This document shows positions 17,657 to 30,400 of a stretch of DNA of 64,000 nt, one piece after another. Position numbers and translations under genes: made by a program. This stretch comes from an uncultured Gaiellales bacterium (GTDB lineage: Bacteria > Actinomycetota > Thermoleophilia > BMS3ABIN01), in contig CAZCCR010000005.1 of the NCBI GenBank assembly GCA_964497425.1, positions 206 through 64,205 on the forward strand. Direction: 5' to 3'. The notes under the pieces were generated by a model, which saw only the letters and a program-made list of their open reading frames with translations, was not told where the DNA came from and searched no databases. Each line of letters starts with the position of its first letter. The stretch's first letter is position 1.

Positions 17657-17870
17657 GCCGATCGGCGGCCGGGGACTTCGACCGAGCACCGGCTCGATCA
17701 CAGCCGGCCGGGGACTTCGACCGAGCACTATCGGAGCGGATGCGGAGCGAGTGCGAGGGCGAACGTCCCCGGACGGACAAACAGACGCTGACCCCAAAAG
17801 GCGGCCGGGGTGCTGGACCGAGCGCTATCGGAGCGCGAGCGGAGCGAGTGCGAGGGCGAACGTCCCCGTT
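17657..17870. repeat. Nested palindromic repeat units between rny and miaB
   Basis: Three copies of unit A (GGCCGGGGACTTCGACCGAGCAC), two immediately followed by unit B (TATCGGAGCG..GCGGAGCGAGTGCGAGGGCGAACGTCCCC). Each A+B is a ~66-bp imperfect palindrome bounded by GGGGACTTCG / CGAACGTCCCC. Confidence 0.6.
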
Positions 17871-17892
17871 CCGCTCAAAGCACTCCAAATCA

Positions 17893-19425
17893 TCACTTGG
17901 CGTATTCCGTCGCCCTGCTCTCGCGGATGACCGTGACCTTGATCTGGCCCGGATAGTCCAGCTGCTTCTCTATCTCCTTGGCTATATCCCGTGAGAGGAT
18001 GGTCGCCTCGTCGTCATCGACCTCGCCCGGTTTGACCATGACCCTGATCTCCCGGCCGGCCTGCATGACGTAGCACTTCTCCACCCCGTCCTTGCTCACG
18101 GCGATGTTCTCCAGCGACTCCAGCCGCTTGATGTAGCTTTCCAGGCTGTCACGCCGTGCTCCAGGCCGGGCGGCGCTCACCGCGTCGGCGGCCTGCACCA
18201 GCACCGCCTCCACGGTCTGAGGCTCGATGTCGGAATGATGTGCTTCTATAGCGTGTACGACAGCCTTGGACTCCCTGTTCTTCTTGGCCAGGCTGGCCCC
18301 TATCTGCGTATGGGTCCCCTCCACCTGGTGGTCTACGGCCTTGCCGACATCGTGCAACAGGCCGGCGCGCCGGACTATCTTGGTGTTGGCGCCCAGCTCC
18401 GCTGCCATGATGCCGGCCAGATGGCTCACCTCCAGGGAGTGAGCCAGCACGTTCTGACCGTAACTGGTGCGATACTTCAGTCGGCCCAGCAGCTTGACCA
18501 GGTTGTCGGGCATCCCGTGGACGTTGGCATCCAGCGTGGCCTGTTCCCCGGCCTCCATGATGGTCTTGTCCACTTCGGCCTTGGCCTGCTTGTAGGTCTC
18601 CTCGATGCGCGCCGGATGGATGCGCCCGTCAGCCAGAAGCTTTGTCAGGGTCAGCCTCGCCGTCTCCCGCTTCACGCCGTCGAAACCGCTCAGGACCACA
18701 GCTTCCGGGGTGTCGTCGATGATGACATCGATGCCGCTGACGTTCTCCAGCACCCTGATGTTGCGGCCCTCGCGACCGATGATACGACCTTTCATCTCAT
18801 CAGAAGGGAGAGGAACCACCGATACGGTGGTCTCTGCGGAATGGTCCGCCGCCGTCCGCTGGATGCTGAGGGACAGGATGTTGCGCGCCCGGCGGTCCGC
18901 CTCCTTGCGGGCCTCCTCTTCCACGGCCCTGAGGGTACGCGCCATGTCGTGCCGGGCCTCCTCTTCCACCTGTTTCAGCAACATGTCTTTGGCCTGGACG
19001 CTGGAGATCCCCGAGATATTCTCCAGGTTCTGCCGTTGCTGCACCAATGTCTGCTGCAGCTCATCTTCCATCTTCTGGATGTTGGCCTCCCGGTCCCGCA
19101 GGGACTGTTCGCGCCTCTGCGTGTCCTTCTCACGCTCGGTGATGAGCTTGTCCTTCTCGTCCAGGCGCTCCTCGGCTTTCACCACCTCGGACCGGCGCTG
19201 CTTCAGCTCCGCCTCCACTTCATTGCGCATCTTGTGGACCTCATCCCTGGCTTCCACCAGAGCTTCACGTCTTACGCTCTCTACCTCCTTCTCCGCTTCC
19301 GCTCTGGCCCGTTCCAGTTCCCGTCTCATCTCCTCGACGGTGGCGCCGGACGTCAGTTTCCTCAGGAAGTAACCGGCAGGCAGGGCGATGACAGCGACTA
19401 TCACCGCGATCAATATTTCCGTCAT
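17893..19425 (-). CDS. rny: Ribonuclease Y
   Basis: N-terminal TM helix [15 protein letters not shown], coiled-coil, KH domain, and HD domain [21 protein letters not shown]. Start taken at ATG 19423-19425. Confidence 0.9.
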   Translation of the reverse strand: MTEILIAVIVAVIALPAGYFLRKLTSGATVEEMRRELERARAEAEKEVESVRREALVEARDEVHKMRNEVEAELKQRRSEVVKAEERLDEKDKLITEREKDTQRREQSLRDREANIQKMEDELQQTLVQQRQNLENISGISSVQAKDMLLKQVEEEARHDMARTLRAVEEEARKEADRRARNILSLSIQRTAADHSAETTVSVVPLPSDEMKGRIIGREGRNIRVLENVSGIDVIIDDTPEAVVLSGFDGVKRETARLTLTKLLADGRIHPARIEETYKQAKAEVDKTIMEAGEQATLDANVHGMPDNLVKLLGRLKYRTSYGQNVLAHSLEVSHLAGIMAAELGANTKIVRRAGLLHDVGKAVDHQVEGTHTQIGASLAKKNRESKAVVHAIEAHHSDIEPQTVEAVLVQAADAVSAARPGARRDSLESYIKRLESLENIAVSKDGVEKCYVMQAGREIRVMVKPGEVDDDEATILSRDIAKEIEKQLDYPGQIKVTVIRESRATEYAK

Positions 19426-19507
19426 ATCCTCTCCAATCCCCGTTACAGCATCCGCATATGGCGGACGACTGCTCTTAACAACCGCTGCCCGGCTCTTTCC
19501 TGAACGT

Positions 19508-19531
19508 AAAAAAGCCGAGCATCTGCTCGGC
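19508..19531 (-). terminator. Rho-independent terminator (minus strand) downstream of recA
   Basis: Minus strand reads GCCGAGCAGATGCTCGGC followed by TTTTTT. Confidence 0.6.
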
Positions 19532-19837
19532 ACATAGGCTTCTTCGTCAAGCGCCCTTTCCGCGGATATCGCTTTTTTCCCAGCGATTCTGCGCCAGGGT
19601 ATGGGAATTTAGTGAATTGGCGTTGTTGCTTCTATCGCGTTTGGCCTGTCACTAAGCCCGTATGGCATTTACTTTTCTCACCACTATAGCTTGAAAACAA
19701 AGAAACCAGAGGTATCTTGTGTATGAGCAGAAAGCTTACTGTGTCATTCTAGCCCTGGTGCCCGGCCGATGTCAACGGAGCCCGTCGGTGACGGGCTCCG
19801 TTCATGATACGCTCACTGTAAACGCCAGATGTTAAAA

Positions 19838-20905
19838 CTATACATTTGCAGGCGTTTCTTCTGTTTCTTCCGTTTCTTCCTCTGCCCCGGAAGGCTCCTC
19901 CTCCACAACTTCTATACCGGCCGCATGCAGGACCTCCTTGAGGATGGCCCCGGCGATGACCTCGTTCTCCTTGAGGAAAGCCTTGGCGTTGTTGCGCCCC
20001 TGCCCCAGCCTCTCGTCGCCGTAGGAGAAGTAGGCGCCGCTCTTGGAGATGATACCGTGGGCCACGCCCATATCCAGTATGCTGCCCTCGCGGGAGATGC
20101 CCTCGCCGTACATCACGTCGAACTCAGCCTGGCGGAAGGGCGGCGCCATCTTGTTCTTGACCACTTTGGCTCGCACGCGGTTGCCGATAGCCTGGGTCCC
20201 CTCCTTCAGGGTCTCGATGCGCCGGAGGTCCAGACGCACCGAGGCGTAGAACTTGAGCGCCTTGCCGCCCGGGGTGACCTCCGGGTTGCCGAACATCACT
20301 CCTATCTTCTCCCTCAGCTGATTCGTGAATACGGCGACGGTGCCGGTCTTGTTGAGGGTTCCCGCCAGCTTTCTCAGCGCCTGGGACATCAACCTGGCCT
20401 GCAGGCCCACGTGTGAATCGCCCATCTCACCCTCGATCTCAGCTTTAGGTGTCAGGGCCGCTACCGAATCGACCGCGACGATGTCCATGGCGCCGCTGCG
20501 AATGAGCATTTCCGCAATCTCCAGCGCCTGCTCGCCGTAATCGGGCTGGGAAACCAGCAGCTCGTCCACATTGACCCCGATGCGGCGGGCGTATGCCGGA
20601 TCCATGGCGTGTTCGGCGTCTATGAAGGCGCAGATGCCGCCCTGTTTCTGTGCTTCGGCGATCAGATGGTAGACCATGGTGGTCTTGCCCGAGGCCTCCG
20701 GACCAAAGATCTCGATGATGCGGCCCCGGGGCATGCCCCCGACGCCGAGGGCGATGTCCAGCGCCAGGGAGCCCGTCGGTATGGAGCTCACCTCTATCGC
20801 CGAATCATCGCCAAGACGCATTATCGATCCCTTGCCGAACTGACGTTCGATCTGGCCCACTGCAACTTCCAGCGCTTTGTCCTTTTCCACTACTGCCTCC
20901 TTCAA
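19838..20905 (-). CDS. recA: Recombinase RecA
   Basis: 355 aa. Walker [10 protein letters not shown]; full RecA core; acidic C-terminus. Confidence 0.95.
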   Translation of the reverse strand: MKEAVVEKDKALEVAVGQIERQFGKGSIMRLGDDSAIEVSSIPTGSLALDIALGVGGMPRGRIIEIFGPEASGKTTMVYHLIAEAQKQGGICAFIDAEHAMDPAYARRIGVNVDELLVSQPDYGEQALEIAEMLIRSGAMDIVAVDSVAALTPKAEIEGEMGDSHVGLQARLMSQALRKLAGTLNKTGTVAVFTNQLREKIGVMFGNPEVTPGGKALKFYASVRLDLRRIETLKEGTQAIGNRVRAKVVKNKMAPPFRQAEFDVMYGEGISREGSILDMGVAHGIISKSGAYFSYGDERLGQGRNNAKAFLKENEVIAGAILKEVLHAAGIEVVEEEPSGAEEETEETEETPANV

Positions 20906-21474
20906 GTCAGTCGGACCGATTTGAGGGGCCGGTGCTCGGCCCCGCTTGGCTTGAGGATGCTATTATACAGCGTGACTCGGACAGCTGTAAATTTTACCGG
21001 CTCGGGAGTTATCCCGGCGGGTCTCAGGCGTGTACGGCCCCGGCTGCGGGCGATGGTTATATGGGGGAACCAGGGCCTTTTTTCCTTTTTATACAGCCTC
21101 TTCGCCGTCAGCCCTGCGGCCAGCTCGTCGTGCAGCTGGCGCGGGCGCTCGCCGGGCTCGCCGAAGGCGGCGGCCACCACCCGGGGGTTATGGCCCTTCG
21201 GAAGTCCCACCAGGCGATCCGCGGTCAGCTCGAAGGCACGCCGGTCCTCGATCCGCTCCAGTTGCGCAGCGCACCGCTCCAGGCGGCGCTCGTCCATCTG
21301 TCCCAGAAACACCAGCGTGACATGGAGCTGCTCCGCAGGGGTGAGCCTGAGAGTCCGGTCCCCGGCCAGATGCCGCTGCTGCCACTGAAGCAGCTCCGCC
21401 ACGGCCTCATCGGGGATGTCGATAGCGATGAAGAGCCGGTATGAATGCGGTCTGTCGCTGGGCCTGCCGCTCAT
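20902..21474 (-). CDS. thpR: RNA 2',3'-cyclic phosphodiesterase (2H family, ThpR/LigT)
   Basis: 190 aa; two H-x-T-x motifs ([14 protein letters not shown]). 4-bp overlap with recA. Confidence 0.8.
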   Translation of the reverse strand: MSGRPSDRPHSYRLFIAIDIPDEAVAELLQWQQRHLAGDRTLRLTPAEQLHVTLVFLGQMDERRLERCAAQLERIEDRRAFELTADRLVGLPKGHNPRVVAAAFGEPGERPRQLHDELAAGLTAKRLYKKEKRPWFPHITIARSRGRTRLRPAGITPEPVKFTAVRVTLYNSILKPSGAEHRPLKSVRLT

Positions 21475-21546
21475 GCCACCATGGTATCAGCATCCGGACG
21501 CAGGTTCATTCGCCCCGCCGGCGACCCGGGCCGCCGGGACGCTGCC

Positions 21547-23664
21547 TCAGTCGTAACTGAGCATGCGGGCGTTGACGGCCACTATCACCGTGCTCAGAGA
21601 CATCAGCGCCGCGCCGATGGCGGGAGAGAGCAGGATGCCCCAGGGGGCGAGGATGCCCGCCGCCAGGGGGATTGCGAAAGCGTTGTAGCCGGTTGCCCAG
21701 GCCAGGTTCTGGATCATCTTGCGATAGGTGGCGCGGGTGAGGCCCATCACCGCCTTGATGTCGCTGGGGTTGCTCCTGACCAGGATGATGTCCGCGGTCT
21801 CGATGGCCACGTCCGTGCCGGCGCCCACGGCGATGCCCACATCCGCCTGCGCCAGGGCGGGAGCGTCGTTCACCCCGTCGCCGGTCATGGCCACGATCAG
21901 CCCACGTGACTGCACTTCCTTTATCCTGTCCGCTTTTTCATGGGGAAGGACGCCGGCGATGTATTCATCCAGGCCGATCTCCTCCGCCACCCAGGCCGCC
22001 ACCTGCTCGTTGTCGCCGGTAAGCATTATGCAGCGGATCCCCGCCGCCCTGAGTTCGGCGATGGCGCCGGCCGATTCCTCGCGGATGATGTCCGCCAGAG
22101 CGATGGCGGCAGCGGCTTCCCCGTCCACCAGCAGGAAGACCACCGTCTTGCCCTGGGCTGAAAGACGCTCGAATCCTTCGGTATCCGGTATCTCAAGACC
22201 CTGTTCGCGCAGGTAGCCGGGGCTCACCACCTTGACGTCGTGGCCATCGACTGTACCTTCCGCACCCTTCCCGGGGATGGCCCTGAAGCCGCCGGCTCTC
22301 TCAGCGCCGGGGGCTGCCGCCACGATGCCCTGGGCGATGGGGTGCTCGGAGCTGGCTTCCACCGCGGCCGCCAGCTCCAGGACCGCCTGCCGGTCCAGGC
22401 CTCCGTCGGTGTCAGCGGTGAGGCCGTCCGCCCCACTGTCGAAGATGAGCACATCGGTGACGCCGAAGCGTCCCTCCGTCAGCGTGCCCGTCTTGTCGAA
22501 GACGATGGCCTGGGTGTCGCGGGCGCGTTCGAAGGCGGCGCGGTCGCGGATGAGCAGGCCGTTGCGCGCCGCCAACGCCGTGGAGACCGCCACCACCAGC
22601 GGCACCGCCAGCCCCAGGGCGTGGGGACAGGTGATCACCATCACCGTCACCGTACGCTCCAGGGCGAAGACGAAACTCTCCGTCGACAGGGTCAACCACA
22701 GGACGAGTGTGATGCCTCCGGCGGCGATGGCGATTATGGTGAGTACACGCGCCGCCCGGTTGGCCAGGTCCTGGGTCCTGGACTTGCTCTCCTGGGCCTC
22801 GCGCACCAGGTCGATGACCTGGGCCAGAAAGGAGTCGCTTCCCAGCTTGCTCACTTCCACGGTCACCGAGCCCTCGCCGTTGACGGAGCCGCCGATGACC
22901 TCGTCGCCGGCCGTCTTGCTGACCGGCTTCGATTCCCCCGTGAGCATGGCCTCGTTGACGGACGTCTGACCCTCGACCACCTCGCCGTCCACCGGGATCT
23001 TCTCACCCGGCTTGACCAGCACCCTGTCCCCCACCGCCAGCACGGAGACCGGCACCTCCTCGGTGCCGCCGCCGGGCAGCAACCGGTGGGCGTCCGACGG
23101 CATCAGAGCCGCCAGTTTCTCCAGGGCCATGGAAGCGCCCATCACCGAGCGCATCTCTATCCAGTGGCCCAGCAGCATGATGTCTATAAGGGTCACCAGC
23201 TCCCAGAAGAAGATCTTGCCCGAGAGACCGAAGACCACGGCGCTGCTGTAGAAATAAGCCACCGAGATGGCAAGGGCGATCAGCGTCATCATGCCCGGCT
23301 GACCCTCCTTCACCTCCTCGTAGATTCCCTTGAGGAAGGGCCAGCCACCCCAGAAGAAGACCGTGGAGGAAAGGGCCCATAGCAGATAGATATCGCCGCT
23401 GAAGGCTACCGAGTCGCGGATGCCCAGGAAATCCTGTATGGCCGGCGACAGCAGCAGGATGGGCGCGGTAAACGCCAGCGAGACCCAGAAGCGCCTGCGG
23501 AAGTCGGCCACCATGTGGGCGTGGTGGGAGGCGTGGCCGCCGTGACCGCCCCCGTGTGCGCTGTCATCATGGCCTCCACCCATATCGTGGCCTTCGTGAC
23601 CACCCATCCCGTGTTCATGGTCTTCGACATCGATCCCGCCGGCACTGTCCTGCACATCAGCCAT
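21547..23664 (-). CDS. copB: Copper-translocating P1B-3-type ATPase (CopB-like; His-rich N-terminus, CPH motif)
   Basis: 705 aa. His-rich N-terminus [19 protein letters not shown]; TM CPH in [10 protein letters not shown]; DKTGTLT; GDGVNDAP. Confidence 0.85.
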   Translation of the reverse strand: MADVQDSAGGIDVEDHEHGMGGHEGHDMGGGHDDSAHGGGHGGHASHHAHMVADFRRRFWVSLAFTAPILLLSPAIQDFLGIRDSVAFSGDIYLLWALSSTVFFWGGWPFLKGIYEEVKEGQPGMMTLIALAISVAYFYSSAVVFGLSGKIFFWELVTLIDIMLLGHWIEMRSVMGASMALEKLAALMPSDAHRLLPGGGTEEVPVSVLAVGDRVLVKPGEKIPVDGEVVEGQTSVNEAMLTGESKPVSKTAGDEVIGGSVNGEGSVTVEVSKLGSDSFLAQVIDLVREAQESKSRTQDLANRAARVLTIIAIAAGGITLVLWLTLSTESFVFALERTVTVMVITCPHALGLAVPLVVAVSTALAARNGLLIRDRAAFERARDTQAIVFDKTGTLTEGRFGVTDVLIFDSGADGLTADTDGGLDRQAVLELAAAVEASSEHPIAQGIVAAAPGAERAGGFRAIPGKGAEGTVDGHDVKVVSPGYLREQGLEIPDTEGFERLSAQGKTVVFLLVDGEAAAAIALADIIREESAGAIAELRAAGIRCIMLTGDNEQVAAWVAEEIGLDEYIAGVLPHEKADRIKEVQSRGLIVAMTGDGVNDAPALAQADVGIAVGAGTDVAIETADIILVRSNPSDIKAVMGLTRATYRKMIQNLAWATGYNAFAIPLAAGILAPWGILLSPAIGAALMSLSTVIVAVNARMLSYD

Positions 23665-23811
23665 TCATACTCCTTCGAATACAAAAATACGGTTGTCCCC
23701 GCCGGCCCTGTAATATTGTACCGGCATCCATGACAACATACGAGAAAGTTATTATTGTAGTATGGTTAATATCCTGCCGGGCTGGTACAAAGATATCACC
23801 AAGGGAGGCAA

Positions 23812-24948
23812 TTGAAACACCCTGACCCGATCCTGCTCACCATAAACACCGGCAGCTCATCCGTTCGCCTGGCCCTGTTCCGGTGCGCCGGTGACGGGCC
23901 GCAACTGCTGGCCAGGTCTCACCACGACAGCGCAGATGAAATGCAGGCGGCGGTTCTTCGTGATTTTTCCGGGGCATGGACCGACCATGTCGACCTTGTC
24001 GTCCATCGCGTCGTCCATGGCGGCAGTCACCTGGGAGAGGCTTGCGTCATCAATGAGGCAGTTGAACATGAGATCGAGAGGATGGTGCCGGTTGCGCCCC
24101 TGCACAACCCCATGGCGCTGGACTGGATCCGCGCCGGCAGGACCGCCTTCGGCGCAGACATCAGACAGGTCGCGGTCTTCGATACCTCTTTTTTCACCGG
24201 CCTCCCCCTGGTTGCGTCCACCTATGCCCTGCCGCAGGCGTTATGCCGGGAGCTGGATCTGCGCCGGCACGGCTTCCACGGCATCGCCCACAGCTTCATG
24301 CTGCGCAGCTGGCAGGCCGCACGCCCTGACCTGCCCGGCGGCGGCAAGGTCATCACCATCCAGCTGGGATCGGGCTGTTCCATGGCGGCCGTCGACGGCG
24401 GCAGGGTCATGGATACCTCCATGGGCTTCTCTCCCATGGAAGGCCTGGTGATGGCCACCCGCTGCGGCGACCTCGACCCCGGACTGGTCATTTATCTGCA
24501 GCGGCACGCGGGCAGGACCGTCGAGGAGATCGACCGTCTGCTGAACGAGGAGAGCGGCCTTGCCGGCATATCGGAGCAGGGCGGCGACATGCGCCGACTG
24601 CTCGAATCAGACACTCCCGGGGCCGAGCTGGCGATAGATATCTACTGTTACCGGGTACGCAAGTATATAGGCGCCTACCTCGCGGTGCTGAACGGACTCG
24701 ACGGGATAGTGTTCGGAGGCGGCGTGGGTGAGAACAGCCCGGAGATACGGGAGGAGGTCATTGGCGCCATGGATTGGCTGGATACCTCACTGGATGCGAG
24801 CCGCAACGAGGACCTTGCGGGCGGCGAGGGTCTTATCAGCGCTGCCGGCGGCAGGGTCGAAGTACGGGTGGTGCACGTGGACGAGAGCACGGAGATGGCG
24901 CGTGTTGCTTCAGGGTTGACCGGCATATCGGACAACGGGAGACAATGA
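23812..24948 (+). CDS. ackA: Acetate (propionate) kinase
   Basis: 378 aa. [12 protein letters not shown]; [11 protein letters not shown] start as listed in the ORF track. Confidence 0.85.
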   Translation: MKHPDPILLTINTGSSSVRLALFRCAGDGPQLLARSHHDSADEMQAAVLRDFSGAWTDHVDLVVHRVVHGGSHLGEACVINEAVEHEIERMVPVAPLHNPMALDWIRAGRTAFGADIRQVAVFDTSFFTGLPLVASTYALPQALCRELDLRRHGFHGIAHSFMLRSWQAARPDLPGGGKVITIQLGSGCSMAAVDGGRVMDTSMGFSPMEGLVMATRCGDLDPGLVIYLQRHAGRTVEEIDRLLNEESGLAGISEQGGDMRRLLESDTPGAELAIDIYCYRVRKYIGAYLAVLNGLDGIVFGGGVGENSPEIREEVIGAMDWLDTSLDASRNEDLAGGEGLISAAGGRVEVRVVHVDESTEMARVASGLTGISDNGRQ

Positions 24949-24955
24949 CAGGGGT

Positions 24956-27367
24956 GTGATGACAATGGGTGAAACAGTGGGATCCACAGCTTCAGGGCGT
25001 ACCTTGTCCCCGCGGGAGGTCGACAGGCTGAACGCCTACTGGCGGGCGGCCAACTACCTCTCGGTGGGACAGATCTACCTGCTGGACAACCCGATGCTGA
25101 AGGAGCCGCTGAGGCTGGAGCATGTTAAGCCGCGGCTGCTGGGACACTGGGGGACCACGCCCGGTCTGAACTTCATCTACGTCCATCTCAACCGCGTCAT
25201 CAAGGCGTATGACCTGAACATGATGTACATCACAGGCCCGGGCCACGGCGGCCCGGGCATAGTGGCGAACACCTGGCTGGAAGGCACCTACAGTGAACTC
25301 TATCCCCATATCCCGCAGGACACCGAAGGTATGAGAAAGCTTTTCAGACAGTTCTCCTTCCCCGGCGGCATACCGAGCCACGTATCACCGGAGACTCCCG
25401 GTTCCATCCACGAAGGCGGCGAACTGGGTTACTCCCTGGCCCACGCCAACGGCGCCGCCTTCGACAACCCCGATCTGATCGTCGCCTGTATCGTGGGCGA
25501 CGGCGAGGCGGAGACCGGCCCCCTGGCCACCGCCTGGCACTCCAACAAGTTCCTCGATCCCGCCGGCGACGGCGCCGTACTGCCCATCCTGCACCTGAAC
25601 GGCTACAAGATCGCCAATCCGACCATCCTGGCGCGCATAAGCAACGAGGAGTTGCACAACCTTTTTACCGGTTACGGCTACCAGCCATATATCGTCGAGG
25701 GATCAGACCCCGGGCAGATGCATCAGGACATGGCCACCACCATGGATACGGTAGTCGCCGCCATCAGGGATATCCAGCATGAGGCCAGGGTCAAGGGAAA
25801 CGGCACGCGGCCGCGCTGGCCCATGATCATCCTGCGCAGCCCCAAGGGCTGGACCGGGCCCAGGGAGGTGGACGGGAAGAAGGTTGAGGGCTACTGGCGC
25901 TCGCATCAGGTGCCCATCGCCCAGCTGTCGACCCGGCCGGACCATCTCAGGCTGCTTGAGGAATGGATGAAGAGCTACCACGCCGAGGAGCTGTTCGACG
26001 AGAACGGCAGGCCGGCGCCGGAGCTGTCGGAGCTGGCGCCGGCCGGCGAGCGGCGGATGAGCGCCAACCCTCACGCCAACGGCGGCGCTCTTCTCCAGGA
26101 CCTGGTATTGCCTGATTTCCGGGATTACGCGCTGGACGTCCCCCGTCCGGGCCGGACGCTGGGAGAGGCGACCCGCACCATGGGCAGGATGCTGCGCGAC
26201 GTGATGAGACTGAACATGAAGACACGCAACTTCCGCGTGTTCGGCCCCGACGAGACCGCCTCCAACCGCCTGGACGACCTGTTCGATGTGACCGACCGTT
26301 CATGGCAGGCGGAGACCCTTCCGGAAGATGACCATCTCGCCCGGGACGGCCGGGTCATGGAGATCCTCAGTGAGCACACCTGCCAGGGCTGGCTGGAAGG
26401 CTACCTGCTTACCGGCCGCCACGGCCTGTTCTCCTGCTATGAGGCCTTCGTCCATATCATCGACTCCATGTTCAACCAGCACGCCAAGTGGCTCAAGGTC
26501 GCCAGCGAAGATATACCATGGCGGCGCGATATTGCCTCGCTGAACTACCTGCTGACATCGCATGTCTGGCGCCAGGACCATAACGGCTTCTCCCATCAGG
26601 ACCCTGGTTTCATCGACCACGTGGTCAACAAGAAGGCAGATGTCATCCGCGTCTACCTGCCGCCGGACGCCAATACCCTGCTCTGCATCACCGATAAATG
26701 CCTGCGCTCGAGGAACCTGGTCAACGTCATTGTGGCGGGCAAACAGCCGGAACTGCAGTGGCTGGACATGGACGCGGCCGAAAGCCACTGCGCCGCCGGC
26801 ATCGGCACCTGGGAATGGGCCGGCAGCGGCCGTGGCGGGAAACCGGATGTGGTGATGGCCTCTGCCGGCGACGTGCCCACACTCGAGATTCTTGCAGCGA
26901 CGGCTATCCTGCGAAAATACCTGCCCGAGCTTAAAGTGCGGGTAGTCAATGTCGTGGACCTGATGACGCTGCAACCGCCGAGCGAACACCCCCACGGACT
27001 GCCGGACGAAGAGTTCGACAAGCTCTTCCCCGATGACACGCAGGTGATTTTCGCCTTTCACGGCTACCCCTGGCTTATCCACCGCCTTACCTACCGCCGG
27101 CTGTTCCACCCCCAGCTGCATGTACGCGGGTACAAGGAGGAGGGTACCACCACCACGCCTTTCGACATGGCGGTGCGCAACGACCTGGACCGCTTCCACC
27201 TGGTGAACGACGTACTGGAGCGGGTGCCGCAGGCAAGTGCCGACCCGGAGAGGGCGGTACGCGCCCGGGACCACGTCCGCGACAAGCTCGCCGAGCACAA
27301 GCGTTACATCGTCGAGCATGGTCAGGACATGCCGGAAGTACGTGACTGGAAATGGCCGGACGCCTGA
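24956..27367 (+). CDS. xfp: Xylulose-5-phosphate / fructose-6-phosphate phosphoketolase
   Basis: 803 aa. [21 protein letters not shown] and [12 protein letters not shown] are phosphoketolase signatures. Confidence 0.9.
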   Translation: MMTMGETVGSTASGRTLSPREVDRLNAYWRAANYLSVGQIYLLDNPMLKEPLRLEHVKPRLLGHWGTTPGLNFIYVHLNRVIKAYDLNMMYITGPGHGGPGIVANTWLEGTYSELYPHIPQDTEGMRKLFRQFSFPGGIPSHVSPETPGSIHEGGELGYSLAHANGAAFDNPDLIVACIVGDGEAETGPLATAWHSNKFLDPAGDGAVLPILHLNGYKIANPTILARISNEELHNLFTGYGYQPYIVEGSDPGQMHQDMATTMDTVVAAIRDIQHEARVKGNGTRPRWPMIILRSPKGWTGPREVDGKKVEGYWRSHQVPIAQLSTRPDHLRLLEEWMKSYHAEELFDENGRPAPELSELAPAGERRMSANPHANGGALLQDLVLPDFRDYALDVPRPGRTLGEATRTMGRMLRDVMRLNMKTRNFRVFGPDETASNRLDDLFDVTDRSWQAETLPEDDHLARDGRVMEILSEHTCQGWLEGYLLTGRHGLFSCYEAFVHIIDSMFNQHAKWLKVASEDIPWRRDIASLNYLLTSHVWRQDHNGFSHQDPGFIDHVVNKKADVIRVYLPPDANTLLCITDKCLRSRNLVNVIVAGKQPELQWLDMDAAESHCAAGIGTWEWAGSGRGGKPDVVMASAGDVPTLEILAATAILRKYLPELKVRVVNVVDLMTLQPPSEHPHGLPDEEFDKLFPDDTQVIFAFHGYPWLIHRLTYRRLFHPQLHVRGYKEEGTTTTPFDMAVRNDLDRFHLVNDVLERVPQASADPERAVRARDHVRDKLAEHKRYIVEHGQDMPEVRDWKWPDA

Positions 27368-27403
27368 CCTCCATGAGAGCATGCCCTTGCGGAAGCTGAC
27401 AAT

Positions 27404-30400
27404 ATGACATGCAACTGTCCAGTCTTCACGCTCACGCCCCGGGATTATGACGCCGTCCTCTTCGACCTTGACGGCGTCCTTACCCGCACGGCGAGCGTGC
27501 ATGCCGCAGCCTGGAAGAGACTGTTCGACGCCTTCCTAAGGCAACGCTCCGCTGATACGGGCGCACCCTTCGTGCCCTTCGACATCGAAGCGGATTACCA
27601 GCGCTATGTCGATGGCAAGCCACGATACGCCGGCGTGGCCGACTTCCTCAAGTCACGTGGCATCGAGCTGCCACCGGGCACGGACGAGGACGGTCCCGGC
27701 ACCCAAAGCGTCAGGGAGCTGGGCGACCGCAAGGACCGGTATTTTCTGGAGTACCTTGAGGAGCACGGTGCCGAGCCCTACAGTGAATCACTCTCGCTGG
27801 TGCGCAAGTTGCGGCTTCACGGCATCAGGACGGCAGTGGTCTCCTCCAGCAACAACTGCGAGGCGGTGCTTGTGGCTGCGGGCATCGCAGATCTGTTCGA
27901 CACCCGCGTGGACGGCAGGGATATCACCCGCCTCGGCCTCGAGGGCAAACCGGCACCCGACGCTTTCCTGGAGGCGACGCGCCGCCTGGGGTCCGAACCG
28001 GAACGGTCCATAGTCGTTGAGGATGCGGTCGCCGGCGTAGCCGCCGGCAGCGCCGGCGGCTTCGGCTGTGTCATCGGCGTCGACCGCAGCGGGCACGCGC
28101 AGCAGTTGCGCCAGGCAGGCGCCGACGTCGTCGTGACCGACCTGTCCCAGGTGCAGGTGACGGAGGAGCCCCCCTCTTCCTGGTCACTGGTCTTCGAGGA
28201 CTTCGATGCCGAGCGGGAAGGTATCCGTGAGTCCCTGTGTACCCTGGGCAACGGTTATTACGGGACACGTGGCGCTGCGGCCTGGGCGACGGCGGATGGT
28301 ATCCATTACCCCGGGACCTACCTGGCCTGCGGCTACAACCGGCTGCGCAGCACGGTCGCCGGCCGCGTATTGGAGAACGAGGACCTGGTCAACCTGCCCA
28401 ACTGGCTGGCGCTCGATTTCCGTATCGACGGAGGCGACTGGTTCGACGTGAACGCCGTGCGTATCATTTCTTATCGCCAGGAGCTCGATATCCGGCGGGG
28501 CATGCTGTTGCGGACCATCAGTTTCGAGGACAACCGGGGCAGACGCAGCACGCTGCGCACACGACGACTGGTTTCCATGGGCGATATGCATCTGGGCGCC
28601 ATGGAACTGTCGCTGACAGCCGAGAACTGGTCCGGAGAGGTCACTGTACGCTCCGCCATCGACGGCCGTGTGGTCAACGCCGGCGCCAGGCTTTACCGCA
28701 AATACAACAACCGCCACCTGGAGCAGCTAGCCGCCGAGGCCGTGGGTGGCGAACTCCTTTACCTGCAGGTGCGCACCAGCCAGTCCCACATCCATGTCGC
28801 ACAGGCCGCACGCACACAGGCTTTTATCGATGGCGGGCTCCTGCAGGCGGAACGCAGCATCATCAATGAGCCTGGTTATATCGCGCAGGAACAGAGGTTC
28901 GCGGTCGGGGAGGGCAGGACGCTGGTGGTGGAGAAGCTGGCCTCGTTCTACACTTCGCGGGACCATGCCATCTCGGAGTGCGGACTGGAGGCATGCAAGG
29001 CGGCAAGGCGGGCAGGTCGTTTCGACGCCGTCATGGCGGATCATGTCCTGGCCTGGCGGCACCTGTGGCGCCGTTTCGACGTGCAGATCCGGCCGGCGGA
29101 ACCCGGATTCAGGCTGAATATCCAGATGCTGCTGAGGCTGAACATGTTCCACCTGCTGCAGGTGGTTTCGCCCAATTCCTTCGGACTGGATATCGGCGTG
29201 CCCGCGCGGGGCTGGACCGGCGAGGCCTACCAGGGACACATATTCTGGGACGAACTGTTCATCTTCCCCTTTTTCAACCATCGCATGCCGGAGATAACCC
29301 GCACACTCCTGATGTACCGCTACCGGCGTCTGGGCGAGGCGCGCGCCAACGCCAGGAGCGCAGGTTTCCGGGGTGCGATGTTCCCGTGGCAGAGCGGCAG
29401 TGACGGCCGCGAGGAGACCGGAAAGCTTAACCTCAACCCGCGTTCCGGACGCTGGGTGCCTGACAATACCTACCTGCAGCGTCACGTAGGCAGCGCCATC
29501 GCCTACAATGCATGGCAGTACTTTCAGGTCACGCACGACATGGAGTTCATGAATTCCTACGGCGCCGAGCTGATCCTGGATATCGCCCGCTTCTGGTCGA
29601 GCATCGCCGTATTCAGCGAAGAGCGGCGGCGTTACGAGATCCGCGGCGTCATGGGACCGGACGAGTTCCACGACAGCTACCCGGACGCGTCAGAGCCGGG
29701 CATCGACAACAACGCCTATACCAACATCATGGCCGTATGGGTGATCTGCCGGGCCCTGGAGGTACTCGATATGCTTTCCGATATGCGTCAGGAGGAGCTC
29801 AGGGAACTCCTCGGTCTGTCTGCGGAGGAGATCACCCGCTGGGATGACATCAGCCGCAGGATGTATGTGCCCTTCCATGGCGACGGCATCATCAGCCAGT
29901 TCGAAGGCTATGAGGACCTGCTGGATTTCGACTGGCAGGATTATGAGACGCGGTATGGCAATATCCAGCGCCTGGACCTCATCCTCGAGGCGGAGAAAGA
30001 CAGCGTCAACCGCTACAAGGCCTCCAAGCAGGCCGATGTGCTGATGCTTTTCTACCTTTTTTCCTCGGAAGAACTGAGAGAACTTTTCGCGCGGCTGGAA
30101 TACCCCTTCGAATACGAGACCATCCCCAGGAACATCGCCTACTATGTCGGACGTATATCCCATGGCTCCACATTGTGCCGCGTGGTATTCTCCTGGGTGC
30201 TGGCGCGCTCCGACCGGCGGGGTTCGATGAACATGTTCGCCGAGGCGCTGCAGAGCGACATCAAGGATATCCAGCAGGGCACTACGGCCGAGGGCATCCA
30301 CCTGGGGGCGATGGCCGGCGCCGTCGACCTGGTGCAACGGGTCTGGACCGGGATCGAGGTCAAGGGGGACGTACTGCAGCTGACCCCGGAACTGCCCCGG

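Noticed and set aside
17657-17870. Repeat cluster considered as a small CRISPR array
   Set aside because: The repeats are not identical and come as two different nested units. The would-be spacers are unequal (0, 11 and 32 bp). No cas genes or leader are present. They fit REP/MITE-like palindromic elements better.
18235-19503. 422-aa ORF (and the nested 18605-19372 ORF) on the plus strand
   Set aside because: Antisense to RNase Y; Leu/Gly/His-rich nonsense typical of high-GC shadow ORFs.
28727-29671. 314-aa ORF on the minus strand (and 29690-30466)
   Set aside because: Antisense to the PgmB::GH65 gene, whose GH65 motifs are unambiguous.
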